DNA of 64,000 nt, taken from the NCBI GenBank assembly GCA_049590095.1, contig JBAWCC010000047.1:1988-65987 (forward strand), in the 5' to 3' direction. Under the pieces are notes generated by a model. The model searched no databases. It had not been told where the DNA came from and worked only from the letters and a program-made list of their open reading frames with translations. Origin of the DNA: Allosphingosinicella sp. Its GTDB lineage: Bacteria; Pseudomonadota; Alphaproteobacteria; Sphingomonadales; Sphingomonadaceae. A program made the translations under genes and the position numbers. Positions 45,580-53,850 of the stretch are shown piece by piece; within the stretch, counting starts at the first letter, position 1, and each line of letters begins with the position of its first letter.

Positions 45580-46157
45580 TCCTGGCGGATTTCACAAGCA
45601 GACAAGTTAAGGCGACGCCCTTTCCGCATGTCCGTGCCGTCCATGCCTTGCCGGAAGCGCTTGCGTCCAACGTGCTCGACTGGCTCGATGCGGACGCACC
45701 TTGGTCGCTGACGGAGGCCTCCTTCTACGAGCAGCAGGAGTTCTCGCTGCTCAGCGCCGACCTCCCTGAGGCCGTGGAGCCGCTCACCTCGTGCGCGCTC
45801 GTCGCCTCGATCGCTAGGGAGCTGGGCGCGTCGCTCAGCTCGGGACCGCTGGAGCTGGTCGACGTTAACGCGCACCGGCTTCTCTCGGGCATGACAATTC
45901 GGCTGCACAATGACTTTCTCGGGACCGCCGAGGAGTCGCACCGCATGCTCATCCAGCTCAATCGCGGCTGGTCGCAGGAGCAAGGCGGCCTGCTGATGCT
46001 GTTCGAGGAGGACCGCCCGGAAAGCGTGGCCGACATGGTGTTGCCGGTCCACCGCAGCGCCTTTGGATTCGAGATTTCCGAGTGCTCGCATCATGCGGTC
46101 TCGACGGTGCACAATGGCGTCCGCGACACGATAGTCTACACCTTCAAGAAAACGTGA
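45576..46157 (+). CDS. 2OG-Fe(II) oxygenase-superfamily protein
   Basis: ATGA overlap with the rSAM stop. HxD motif (IRLHNDF) and a distal His (CSHHAVSTV). Confidence 0.6.
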   Translation: MILADFTSRQVKATPFPHVRAVHALPEALASNVLDWLDADAPWSLTEASFYEQQEFSLLSADLPEAVEPLTSCALVASIARELGASLSSGPLELVDVNAHRLLSGMTIRLHNDFLGTAEESHRMLIQLNRGWSQEQGGLLMLFEEDRPESVADMVLPVHRSAFGFEISECSHHAVSTVHNGVRDTIVYTFKKT

Positions 46158-47041
46158 TGACCGCACGCGCGCGCGTTCTAGCAGCGATCGCTGGCACCTC
46201 GACACGATGGTATCCTAGCCTCGCGCCGCAGCTCGCCGATGCCAAATGGGATGCGCTGGCGACCTTGGGGCTTAACTCTGAAAGCTATGGCACGACCCGC
46301 ATGATTACCGCGGACCCGTTCGGTCCGCGGCGCATCGAGGGCACGGTGGAAATCGACGGACGCGAGATAAAGATCGAGGAGTTCAGCGATGCGATGGAAG
46401 CGCGTTACGCCTCGCTCGGCATAGCTTCGGCAGATGCGGGTCTCGTGCCGGATGCGGCGATTGGCCGGCTGTCGCGAGCGCTCAAGCTTCTCGAGCACGT
46501 GCCCGGACTGTCGCTCACGATAGGCGCGCTTGTGCGCTCGCTGCATCTGATACGGGTCGGCGAGCCGGAGTATGATGCAAGCTACAGCGATCCCGAGGTG
46601 CCCTTCTCGATTTTCATCGGGCTGCATCCTGAAGCCACTGAGATGGATGCGTTCCGCTTGGCGGAAAGTGTAGTGCACGAGGCCATGCATCTGCAGCTCT
46701 CATTGATCGAGGCGCAGGTTCCGCTGGTCGCGGGCGCACGCACGCTCGATCACTCGCCATGGCAGGATGGGCCGCGCCCAGCGCAGGGGCTGCTGCACGG
46801 ACTCTACGTCTTTCGCGCGATCCAAGATTTTCTGGCGGCGATCCCGTCGAACCAGCTCGACGAGGCTGGCACGCAGCATGTGCGGCGGCGGGTCGCGCTC
46901 ATCGACGATGAATGCGAGCAACTTGCGGGGTTCGATCAGACCTCAGACTTGACCGCTGAAGGCCGCATGCTCGCCGCTGGGCTTCTGCTGGGAGGACGAT
47001 ATAGACCAACGCGTGTGTCGGCTTCAGCTGCATCGATCTGA
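46157..47041 (+). CDS. HExxH-motif peptide-modification protein (FxsC-like)
   Basis: TGATG overlap with the upstream stop. HEAMH motif (SVVHEAMHLQLS). Genomic context is an rSAM/SPASM RiPP cluster. Confidence 0.65.
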   Translation: MTARARVLAAIAGTSTRWYPSLAPQLADAKWDALATLGLNSESYGTTRMITADPFGPRRIEGTVEIDGREIKIEEFSDAMEARYASLGIASADAGLVPDAAIGRLSRALKLLEHVPGLSLTIGALVRSLHLIRVGEPEYDASYSDPEVPFSIFIGLHPEATEMDAFRLAESVVHEAMHLQLSLIEAQVPLVAGARTLDHSPWQDGPRPAQGLLHGLYVFRAIQDFLAAIPSNQLDEAGTQHVRRRVALIDDECEQLAGFDQTSDLTAEGRMLAAGLLLGGRYRPTRVSASAASI

Positions 47042-47115
47042 ACGAAGTCGCTCAAGCGAATGACCGCTTGTATGACAGGCCATTTCATGACCGACAATTG
47101 GCGCCAAGCGGACGT

Positions 47116-47147
47116 CCTACAGCGATTTTGCACAAATTTCTCAAGCC
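47116..47147 (+). repeat. Copy E (degenerate remnant) of the dispersed intergenic element
   Basis: CCTACAGCGATTTTGCACAAATTTCTCAAGCC compared with the core ATGTACAGCGAATTGGCACAATTTTTCAAGCC. Confidence 0.55.
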
Positions 47148-47301
47148 CTTTAGGCGGTTTGAGGCCTCCTGCAGCGGCCGGAAAAGGTGTTGGCGACGCC
47201 CATGATCGGTCGACTCGTTGCCGCCGGAAGGTGGTAGAACGCGGCTTCGCGTTCAACTCGAGAATCCAGGGAATCGAAACAGGTGGTCAGGAGGGCCAAC
47301 T

Positions 47302-48576
47302 ATGATTTCGCGCGACGAGCTCTATCGGCTGGTCTGGTCCGAGCCGATGACCAGGATAGCTCAGCGGTTTGATGTGTCCGGCAGTTATCTCGCGAGAATC
47401 TGTAATTTGCTCAACGTGCCTCGGCCGGAGCGCGGCTATTGGGCCAAGTTCGCTCACGGCAAAGCACCGCCGCAACCACCCTTGTCACCGCCGCAACCTG
47501 GCGACCCCCTGCATTGGAGCAAGGAGGGCGAGCGCCTGGCCGTTCCAAAGCCCGAGGCGCCGCCGCGCCGGAGGCCGGAGAAGAAGGTGCGGATCGCCCG
47601 CCGGCAGGTTCATGCCTTGATCCGAGGGGCAAGGTCGCATTTCGAGAATGGCAGGCCGGTCGACGAAGGGGCGTATCTCAAGCCGTACAAGAAGCTGCTG
47701 GTGGACGTGACCGCCTCGAGGACCGGCCTCGACAAGGCGCTCGGTCTCGCCAACGATCTCTTCAACGCGCTCGAATCTGTCGGCTACCGTGTTGTTCTAG
47801 CACCGGCCGACGCTCGGCTTAGTCGGGAGCAGGTCGACGAGCGCGAGGTGGCCGCCAAGGCGCGCGAGCCCTGGCAATATAACGGCCTCTGGTCACCATA
47901 CCGGCCCACGGTCGTCAATGTCGGCTCGGTCGCCATCGGCCTCGCGATCGTCGAGATGTCGGAGAATGTCACCCTGCGCTATGTGAACGGCAAGTACATT
48001 CGCGACAGCGAGTATGTCCGCCCGCGCGGCCGTTATCATGTCGACCACAGCTGGACGACGACCCGCGATCTTCCGTCCGGGCGTATGCGCATCATGGCCT
48101 ATTCGCCCTACGGCCGGGTGGTTTGGTCAAAGCAGTGGCAGGAGACCAGGTCTGCATTGCTCCGCGGCCAGATCAGGACGATCGTGGAGGCGATCGAGGC
48201 GTCGGCGCCCGATCTCGTTGTCAAGCTGGAAGAGGCCGATCGCCAAGATGAGATCCGCCGCCAGCAATGGCTGGCAGAAGAAGAGCGGCGTCGGCAGGAG
48301 GAGGACCGTAGACGCGTCGAGCAGTCGATTGCCGACAGCAGGGCCGAGCTGCGGCACGTTATCGAGCGCTGGTCGGACGTCACGAGCATCGAACGCTTCC
48401 TGGCGGGCGTGGAACAGAAGGCTGATGACCTCGCAGAGACGGAGAGACGTCAGGTGCTCGGGCGACTCGCGCTTGCCCGCGCCTTCCTCGGAACTCAGGA
48501 TCCGCTGGATTTCTTCCGCGGTTGGAAGACGCCGAAGGAGCGCTATATTTCGCGATACGCTCGCGGGGACCAGTGA
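47302..48576 (+). CDS. hypothetical protein with Arg/Glu-rich coiled-coil segment (424 aa)
   Basis: AGGAGGG RBS upstream of ATG 47302. Conserved-looking N-terminus (ELYRLVWSEPMTRIAQRFDVSGSYLARICNLLNVPRPERGYWAK). No family recognised. Confidence 0.6.
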   Translation: MISRDELYRLVWSEPMTRIAQRFDVSGSYLARICNLLNVPRPERGYWAKFAHGKAPPQPPLSPPQPGDPLHWSKEGERLAVPKPEAPPRRRPEKKVRIARRQVHALIRGARSHFENGRPVDEGAYLKPYKKLLVDVTASRTGLDKALGLANDLFNALESVGYRVVLAPADARLSREQVDEREVAAKAREPWQYNGLWSPYRPTVVNVGSVAIGLAIVEMSENVTLRYVNGKYIRDSEYVRPRGRYHVDHSWTTTRDLPSGRMRIMAYSPYGRVVWSKQWQETRSALLRGQIRTIVEAIEASAPDLVVKLEEADRQDEIRRQQWLAEEERRRQEEDRRRVEQSIADSRAELRHVIERWSDVTSIERFLAGVEQKADDLAETERRQVLGRLALARAFLGTQDPLDFFRGWKTPKERYISRYARGDQ

Positions 48577-48684
48577 TCGCCGCGGCCGACCTGGTGTCGG
48601 TGAAGGCCCGGCCCGGCCCGGCCGGCGAAGAGTGGGCCTTTGACGACCGCAAGGTGATTCAGGATCGCGCCGTACACTCCTCCG

Positions 48685-49551
48685 TCAGGCAGCCATCGGT
48701 ACCTCAGTGGTGAACTTCAGTACCGCGGTCAGCTCCGTCTCAATGCGCTGGAGCAGGCAGCGCCGGGTTTCCTGGTTAGCGTCAGCGTCCAGTGGCTTGA
48801 TCGTGAGGACGTAGGCGCCCTTGGCAGATCTCTTGAGAACCGCCTGCCCCGGCTCGGAGCCAAGCTCCACGACATAATCGGCGCCTTCGCCGTCGATGTC
48901 CAAGAGCGTCCGCAAGAGCTCGCTCGGGCTGCACCTTCGGTCCGATGACGCGATCTCTTTCGCCTTATCGATCATGGCCTGGCCGCGATCGGATTTCAGC
49001 GCCTGAAGAAGCTTTGACCCGAAACTGACACTTATCGCCTCCGGATCTTTCAGGGCGAAGCGCACCTCGTCGGGGATCGCGAGCAACGCCAGCGTGTGCG
49101 AGACAGTGGTCTTGTTCTTCTGGACGCGCTCGGCGAGCCTGTCCTGGACGCCGCCGCAGAGGTTGACGAGCGCGTAGTGCCATGCCCTCGCGGTCTGGAA
49201 TGCGGTGATGCCCTTGCGGTCCTCGTTTTCCGAATAGGCGATCCGCCACGCCGTGCGATCGTCCGCCTCTACCAGATACGCTCGCAGCTTGGGCCCCTTG
49301 TCGGCTTGTTGAAGGAAGCGGACCGCCCCCAGACGCCGAGTGCCTGCGAGCACCTCGTAGCTTCCGTCGGCAAGCTTGCGGACCGGCACGGGGGTCATCT
49401 GGCCGTGTTGGCGTATGCTCTCGATCAACGCCTTGTTCTTCTCTTTGTCAAAAGGCGTGTCGCACCGTGCATTGGCCGGCGAGATCGTTACGTTGGAGGC
49501 ATCCATGAAGAGAAGTTTGCGGGGCGTCGCCGCTTCTGTATTCGAGGCCAT
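48685..49551 (-). CDS. ParB/Srx-domain protein (partition- or nuclease-type ParB-like)
   Basis: ParB box-like YEVLAGTRRLGAVRF followed by an HTH-like segment (KTTVSHTLALLAIP). Confidence 0.65.
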   Translation of the reverse strand: MASNTEAATPRKLLFMDASNVTISPANARCDTPFDKEKNKALIESIRQHGQMTPVPVRKLADGSYEVLAGTRRLGAVRFLQQADKGPKLRAYLVEADDRTAWRIAYSENEDRKGITAFQTARAWHYALVNLCGGVQDRLAERVQKNKTTVSHTLALLAIPDEVRFALKDPEAISVSFGSKLLQALKSDRGQAMIDKAKEIASSDRRCSPSELLRTLLDIDGEGADYVVELGSEPGQAVLKRSAKGAYVLTIKPLDADANQETRRCLLQRIETELTAVLKFTTEVPMAA

Positions 49552-49557
49552 GACGCA

Positions 49558-49890
49558 TTACTCCTGATTGCCGCCGGCACGGGCCGCCGAGTTGGGGCTT
49601 TCGGGCGCCTGGACCGGATCGCTCACCAACCCCGCGGCGAGCGCGGCTTTGATCGTCTCGCGCTTTCGCATCGCGATATTAAGCCTTTCCTCAAGACCTT
49701 CCCGCTTGTGGCAGAGCCGAGAGACCGCGCTGGGGTCCGCGGCGATCCGGGCGTCGATCTGCGAAATTTCCGTGTTGAGCGTGGCGACTAAGGTATCCAT
49801 CACCAGCAGCGAGTCCTGCCATCCCTGTGCGGTGGGAAGCCTGCCGTCGTGGACAGCGTCCACCAGGCCCGGAAAATGCTCGAACTGCAT
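49558..49890 (-). CDS. hypothetical protein (110 aa)
   Basis: ATG 49890 with AAGGAGG 6 nt upstream. Lies 6 nt upstream of the ParB-like gene. Confidence 0.5.
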   Translation of the reverse strand: MQFEHFPGLVDAVHDGRLPTAQGWQDSLLVMDTLVATLNTEISQIDARIAADPSAVSRLCHKREGLEERLNIAMRKRETIKAALAAGLVSDPVQAPESPNSAARAGGNQE

Positions 49891-50247
49891 GCTCGCCTCC
49901 TTCTGCCTTTGTCCTGACGCAGCGCCGTTCCCCATCCACAACAGGAGACCGTCGCCGCTTGGGCCCAATTGTACAGGATGATCTACGACAACAAAAGCCA
50001 CCCCTCACAGGATTAGTGAAATAAAGATTTTCGGTCGATGGATTGGGGGAGAGAATGTCTACGTTAATGAAATTGAAAGGTTGGAGCCATGCGAGGCAAC
50101 CTATTACAGTTGTAGTGACACATTGATGGGGGGAAGGCGTTTGCGGTCAGTAAATATTTCGTCTTCTCGGTATTGACAGCTCGACAACCTTGATATCCTC
50201 TGTTTCTGGGCTCGTAGGTGGTCTCTGGTCTTGCCGGGAGGCGTAGC

Positions 50248-52077
50248 GTGGCGTTTGGAATCGATTGGACGGACGGCAGAGAAGCCGTGACAGAGGCGCT
50301 CAAGGAAGCCCATCGCAGGCGGCATCGCGAGGGTCGCCTCGAGGGCCGGCGATGGCGGGAGGCGCAGGGGGTCGCACGTGAGGAGCGTTCGTCCCGGCGC
50401 GCGCGCGATGAGTGGCAGCGCGGGTTCGCCGCGATGCGCCGGCGTCGCCTTCGCCAGCAGGCCGAAGATGAACGGGACGGCCGCCGCCTCGGGGCTGCCT
50501 TAAGGAAGGCCGCTCGGGAAATGGAGGCGCAGGGTCGGGACACCTCTTTCTACGCCGGCTTCGAGCAGAGACTGATCGACTACATCCCGGGCGAGGGCCG
50601 GCACGCCCGCGATCTCATCGTCGATTGGTACAGCCGCGGCTTCGACTCCGGCCGCGAGCGGACCGATGCCGGTCGGAGGAAGCCGAACAGCGCCCGCACC
50701 GCCGAATGGTCGCCGGGCGAGTTCGCCGACAAGATCGGGTACATCTATCGCGACGGAGCCAGAGAGGATGTCAGCGGCAGCTTCCTCTCCAACATGGGCG
50801 AAGACGAGGCGGAGGCCGTCGCCTGCGCCCACGCCGTCGAAGAGGCCGAAGGAATGGGCCGCGGCAATGGCGGGGTCTACAAACACGTCATCATCGCCCT
50901 TCCTCACCAGCTGACGCCGCTGGAGCGGCTGGCGCTTCTCGAGGAGCTTGTCGCCCCGCTGCGCGAGATGGGCCTTCCTTTTTGCGCGGCGCCTCACCGG
51001 CCGGATCCAAAGGGCGACCCGCGCAATTTTCACGCGCACATCCTTCACTCCCAGCGGCCGATGACTCGCGGGGGGCCCAATCAATGGAGCTTCGGCGCGA
51101 GCAAGCTGACTTGGTTCGATTGCCGGGAAGGCGTGCTCCTCCAGCGCCGGCTCATCGCCGCGGCGTTCAACCGGGCTCTGGAGCGGGCTGGCCATGAGGA
51201 GCGCTGGACCTCCAGGTCTCGCGAAAACCGCGGCCTTCCTTCGCCTGGAAACACAAAGAAGGGCCCGGAGCGGACCAGGGCGGAACGTGACGCAACGGCG
51301 GCAGAGGCGGCGGCAGAGGCCGTGCGCTCGGAGCTGCGCGAGCGTGAAGCGGTCGCCGCAGGCGCCGAAGCCTTGCTGGAGTTGTCCGATCGTCTCGAGG
51401 ACATCTTCAGCCACCGCATGAAGGAACGTCGCGAGCGTGACGCGGACGAGCCGCCGACCTGGGAGGAGGAAGAGGCCTGGCAGATGCGCCTAGCCGATGA
51501 GCGCGCCCGTGCGGAAGGGCGTCCTCTGCCGAGCAACATCTTCTACGGGATAGAGGAGCCGGAGGAGGAGCCTCCTGGCTCCACGCCCGCCCCGGCTATC
51601 GCGGTCGACGCCGGGAGAATAGCTCGCGAGGATGCGGAACGCCGCCGTGAGGAGGTTCGCCGCGAGGAGGCGGCGAAAGAAGAGGCCGAACGGCGTCAGA
51701 AGCGAAAGAAGCTGCTGGCCCGAGAGGCTCAAGTCGCTCGCAGCATCGAGAACTTTCCAACGCCGATGAACGACCCGGATGTCTACTTCAGGGTGAGGGC
51801 CGCCGTAACCGGCAACCTAAAGCTTTACTCAGCCAGGAGCATTGCAGGCGATGTCATCATCGGCACCGTTGACGGCCTCTTCGCTGAGGACGCCGTTCGA
51901 ATATCGGAATGCGAGGCGGGGAGGCGCTATTTGGTTGCGGTCTCGCAGGGGCTTGATGCCTGGCCGACGGTCGAACCTCCGGGGCTCCGCCATGTCTATG
52001 TTCCGGGTCAGCCCCATCCGACGGCGTCCGTCGCCGAGCAGCACCAGCACCGGACGCGCGGACGGCGCGGCCGTTAA
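50248..52077 (+). CDS. MobA/MobL (MOBQ)-family relaxase-like protein with Arg/Glu-rich C-terminal half
   Basis: GTG 50248 with GGGAGG 6 nt upstream. Motifs resemble the relaxase family: IGYIYRDGA (Tyr region), VIIALPHQLTP and GDPRNFHAHILHS (His triad). Confidence 0.6.
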   Translation: MAFGIDWTDGREAVTEALKEAHRRRHREGRLEGRRWREAQGVAREERSSRRARDEWQRGFAAMRRRRLRQQAEDERDGRRLGAALRKAAREMEAQGRDTSFYAGFEQRLIDYIPGEGRHARDLIVDWYSRGFDSGRERTDAGRRKPNSARTAEWSPGEFADKIGYIYRDGAREDVSGSFLSNMGEDEAEAVACAHAVEEAEGMGRGNGGVYKHVIIALPHQLTPLERLALLEELVAPLREMGLPFCAAPHRPDPKGDPRNFHAHILHSQRPMTRGGPNQWSFGASKLTWFDCREGVLLQRRLIAAAFNRALERAGHEERWTSRSRENRGLPSPGNTKKGPERTRAERDATAAEAAAEAVRSELREREAVAAGAEALLELSDRLEDIFSHRMKERRERDADEPPTWEEEEAWQMRLADERARAEGRPLPSNIFYGIEEPEEEPPGSTPAPAIAVDAGRIAREDAERRREEVRREEAAKEEAERRQKRKKLLAREAQVARSIENFPTPMNDPDVYFRVRAAVTGNLKLYSARSIAGDVIIGTVDGLFAEDAVRISECEAGRRYLVAVSQGLDAWPTVEPPGLRHVYVPGQPHPTASVAEQHQHRTRGRRGR

Positions 52078-52092
52078 GGAGGAGAAGAATCT

Positions 52093-52764
52093 ATGTACGC
52101 GATCGCCCCGTCGGACGAGGAACGGGCTCAGATGACCAGCGCCCTCAAGGAACGGCTGTCGGTGCTTCGCGCACGCGCCAATGCGGCTATCGCCGGGCGT
52201 CGCCCCGAAGCGGCCGAGAAGGAACGCATTGTATTCCATGCTCGGCAGCAGGAGCTGATGCGGGCGGAGAAGCGCGGCCGGGACCAGAAGCTGTTCGCCC
52301 ACGGCTCCAACGCCGAGGTCGGCGGCTATCTGGAGCTCGATCAATATGCGATCCGCGGGCTTGAAGCCCACGGCCACCTCTATGGCTACTGGATGGCTCA
52401 GGCAGCCTTGCTGAGCGGCGGCACGACCCGGGCCGATCTTTTGCGGTGTATTTTCAGCGATCCTCGAAGACTGGATTATTGCGTGAAGCTGGGACTGGCC
52501 ATCAGCTGGGAATTCGCCCGCGACGCTCGCGCGCGTGAGACGGCCGAGTTCCTCGCCCGCGATGCGGAGGATCGGCGCAAGCTCTGGCGCAAGAGGGAGG
52601 TCACGCCGCTGCAGCGCTACGACATCCATTTGATCGAGATGCGCCTTGGTATCAAGGCTCCGAAGAAGCTTCGGCGAGGGACTGCGCACGACTGGATTGC
52701 CGAAATGGGCGGCCACCCCGATTTTTGGACGGCCCCGGAGCGACCGCGGGAATGGAAAATCTGA
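52093..52764 (+). CDS. hypothetical protein (223 aa)
   Basis: AAGGAGGAG RBS. Starts 16 nt after the relaxase-like gene. Followed by a terminator hairpin. Confidence 0.55.
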   Translation: MYAIAPSDEERAQMTSALKERLSVLRARANAAIAGRRPEAAEKERIVFHARQQELMRAEKRGRDQKLFAHGSNAEVGGYLELDQYAIRGLEAHGHLYGYWMAQAALLSGGTTRADLLRCIFSDPRRLDYCVKLGLAISWEFARDARARETAEFLARDAEDRRKLWRKREVTPLQRYDIHLIEMRLGIKAPKKLRRGTAHDWIAEMGGHPDFWTAPERPREWKI

Positions 52765-52779
52765 CGCGGCGTGCCCCAC

Positions 52780-52797
52780 AGTTGCGACCTCGCAACT
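52780..52797. repeat. 18-bp palindrome AGTTGCGA-CC-TCGCAACT, copy 1
   Basis: Read directly: 8-bp arms with a 2-nt spacer. The same sequence recurs at 53145-53161. Confidence 0.9.
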
Positions 52798-52802
52798 GAA
52801 CC

Positions 52803-52826
52803 GCGCCGCCGTTCGGCGGCGCTTTC
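52803..52826 (+). terminator. Rho-independent terminator-like hairpin
   Basis: GCGCCGCC-GTTC-GGCGGCGC followed by TTTC, 39 nt after the stop of 52093..52764. Confidence 0.5.
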
Positions 52827-52840
52827 AGGATTGAGCCAAG

Positions 52841-52921
52841 GAGGGTAAAGAGAGGGGGGTGTTGTCTGAGCTGTAGGGCTCCAGAAACAACACGTTGACG
52901 CGCCCCCCTCTCTTTACCCTC
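52841..52921. other. 81-nt extended hairpin/cruciform (19-bp perfect arms), oriT- or origin-like
   Basis: GAGGGTAAAGAGAGGGGGG (52841-52859) is the exact reverse complement of CCCCCCTCTCTTTACCCTC (52903-52921). Inner imperfect arms GTGTTGTCTG..CAGAAACAACAC. Confidence 0.85.
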
Positions 52922-53144
52922 TTCTGCCCTTCCTTCCCTGGCGCAGACATCAACCTCTGCGCCTCTTCCTGAAATTCTACGGTCCCGGCCTCGCTGCCGG
53001 GGGACCGCGAGTGGTGGGGTGGGCGGGTGGGTTCTACCTTCATCTCTCTTGAGGCAGGCATGGGGCGGAAGGCGGGGCCGGCGGCACTCACCCGCCGACA
53101 CGGGCCTGCCGCCTTTGTCGTTCAATTGGAAAGGGCCAAGCGCG

Positions 53145-53161
53145 GTTGCGACCTCGCAACT
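53145..53161. repeat. palindrome GTTGCGA-CC-TCGCAACT, copy 2
   Basis: Direct repeat of the 52780-52797 palindrome. Together the two copies bracket the 52.80-53.14 kb non-coding segment. Confidence 0.9.
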
Positions 53162-53241
53162 GCTCGGCAACTTCAACTCTGGCTGCTGGGATGAGTCTGC
53201 CAAGTGCTGTCCTGGCTAGCAGCCCCGAGGAGCGATCCGCG

Positions 53242-53850
53242 TCAGCGGCCGGAGCGGGTCAGCCAGGAATCGTAGATCGTCTTCTGCGCTCCATCTTCCG
53301 TGAGATCGTCGTCGCAATAGGCGCCCCAGCCCAGACCGGTCGCCATTCTTGGAATTACCAGGCAATGGACATGATGGGGGCGCGGCGAGCCGACCATGTG
53401 AGGCGCGTGCTGAATGAGGAGCACGGGCGCGCCATGTTGCTCCACGAACTCCCTCATCGCCCAGGCGCGAACGGCCTCGAAAGCCGCGTGCAAACGATCC
53501 TCGTCGGGGAAACGAAGGGTCACATAAGTGAGCAGGCTTCTGCGCCATTCCAGCCCTTGCGCGTCGTACGTGGTCAAGAGGTGGCTCGGATCCAGAAAGG
53601 CATCGGGTGCCCTGGGTGGGATGAGACATTCCCATCTCGCCGCCGTCGGCCGGAACGGAGCGGATGCCGGCGGCGGATCGACGGGATGGAGCTTGGCACG
53701 CCCAAAATCCGTCGCGGTATTGACCTTACCCTTCGCGGTACGCCGGCGCAGGACGCCGAATGCGTAGTCCGGCCAGTTGCCGAGCGGATTGAGGAACAGA
53801 AACTCCGACCAGGGGGCGCCGGCCGCGCGGCGCTGTGCGGCGCGCTTCAT
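53242..53850 (-). CDS. hypothetical protein with relaxase-like His-rich motif (202 aa)
   Basis: ATG 53850 with GGGGAGGA RBS. LRFPDEDRL ... LLIQHAPHMVGSPRPHHVHCLVIPR resembles the IALPxEL / HxxxxNPHxH region of the neighbouring MobA/MobL-like protein. Confidence 0.45.
   Translation of the reverse strand: MKRAAQRRAAGAPWSEFLFLNPLGNWPDYAFGVLRRRTAKGKVNTATDFGRAKLHPVDPPPASAPFRPTAARWECLIPPRAPDAFLDPSHLLTTYDAQGLEWRRSLLTYVTLRFPDEDRLHAAFEAVRAWAMREFVEQHGAPVLLIQHAPHMVGSPRPHHVHCLVIPRMATGLGWGAYCDDDLTEDGAQKTIYDSWLTRSGR

Noticed and set aside
4923-47147. Classical integron or CRISPR explanation for the repeat-delimited modules
   Set aside because: There is no intI-like gene. The modules are 8-14 kb multi-operon blocks rather than ~1-kb promoterless cassettes, and the repeats lack the attC R''-L''/L'-R' symmetry. 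The repeats are far too widely spaced for CRISPR. The 14-bp tandem at 17877-17932 has no spacers.
50173-50201. Sigma-70-like promoter upstream of the relaxase-like gene (TTGACA ... TATCCT)
   Set aside because: The -35 hexamer is perfect, but the best -10 candidate sits at a 15-nt spacing and matches only 4 of 6 positions. This is not enough to report as a feature.
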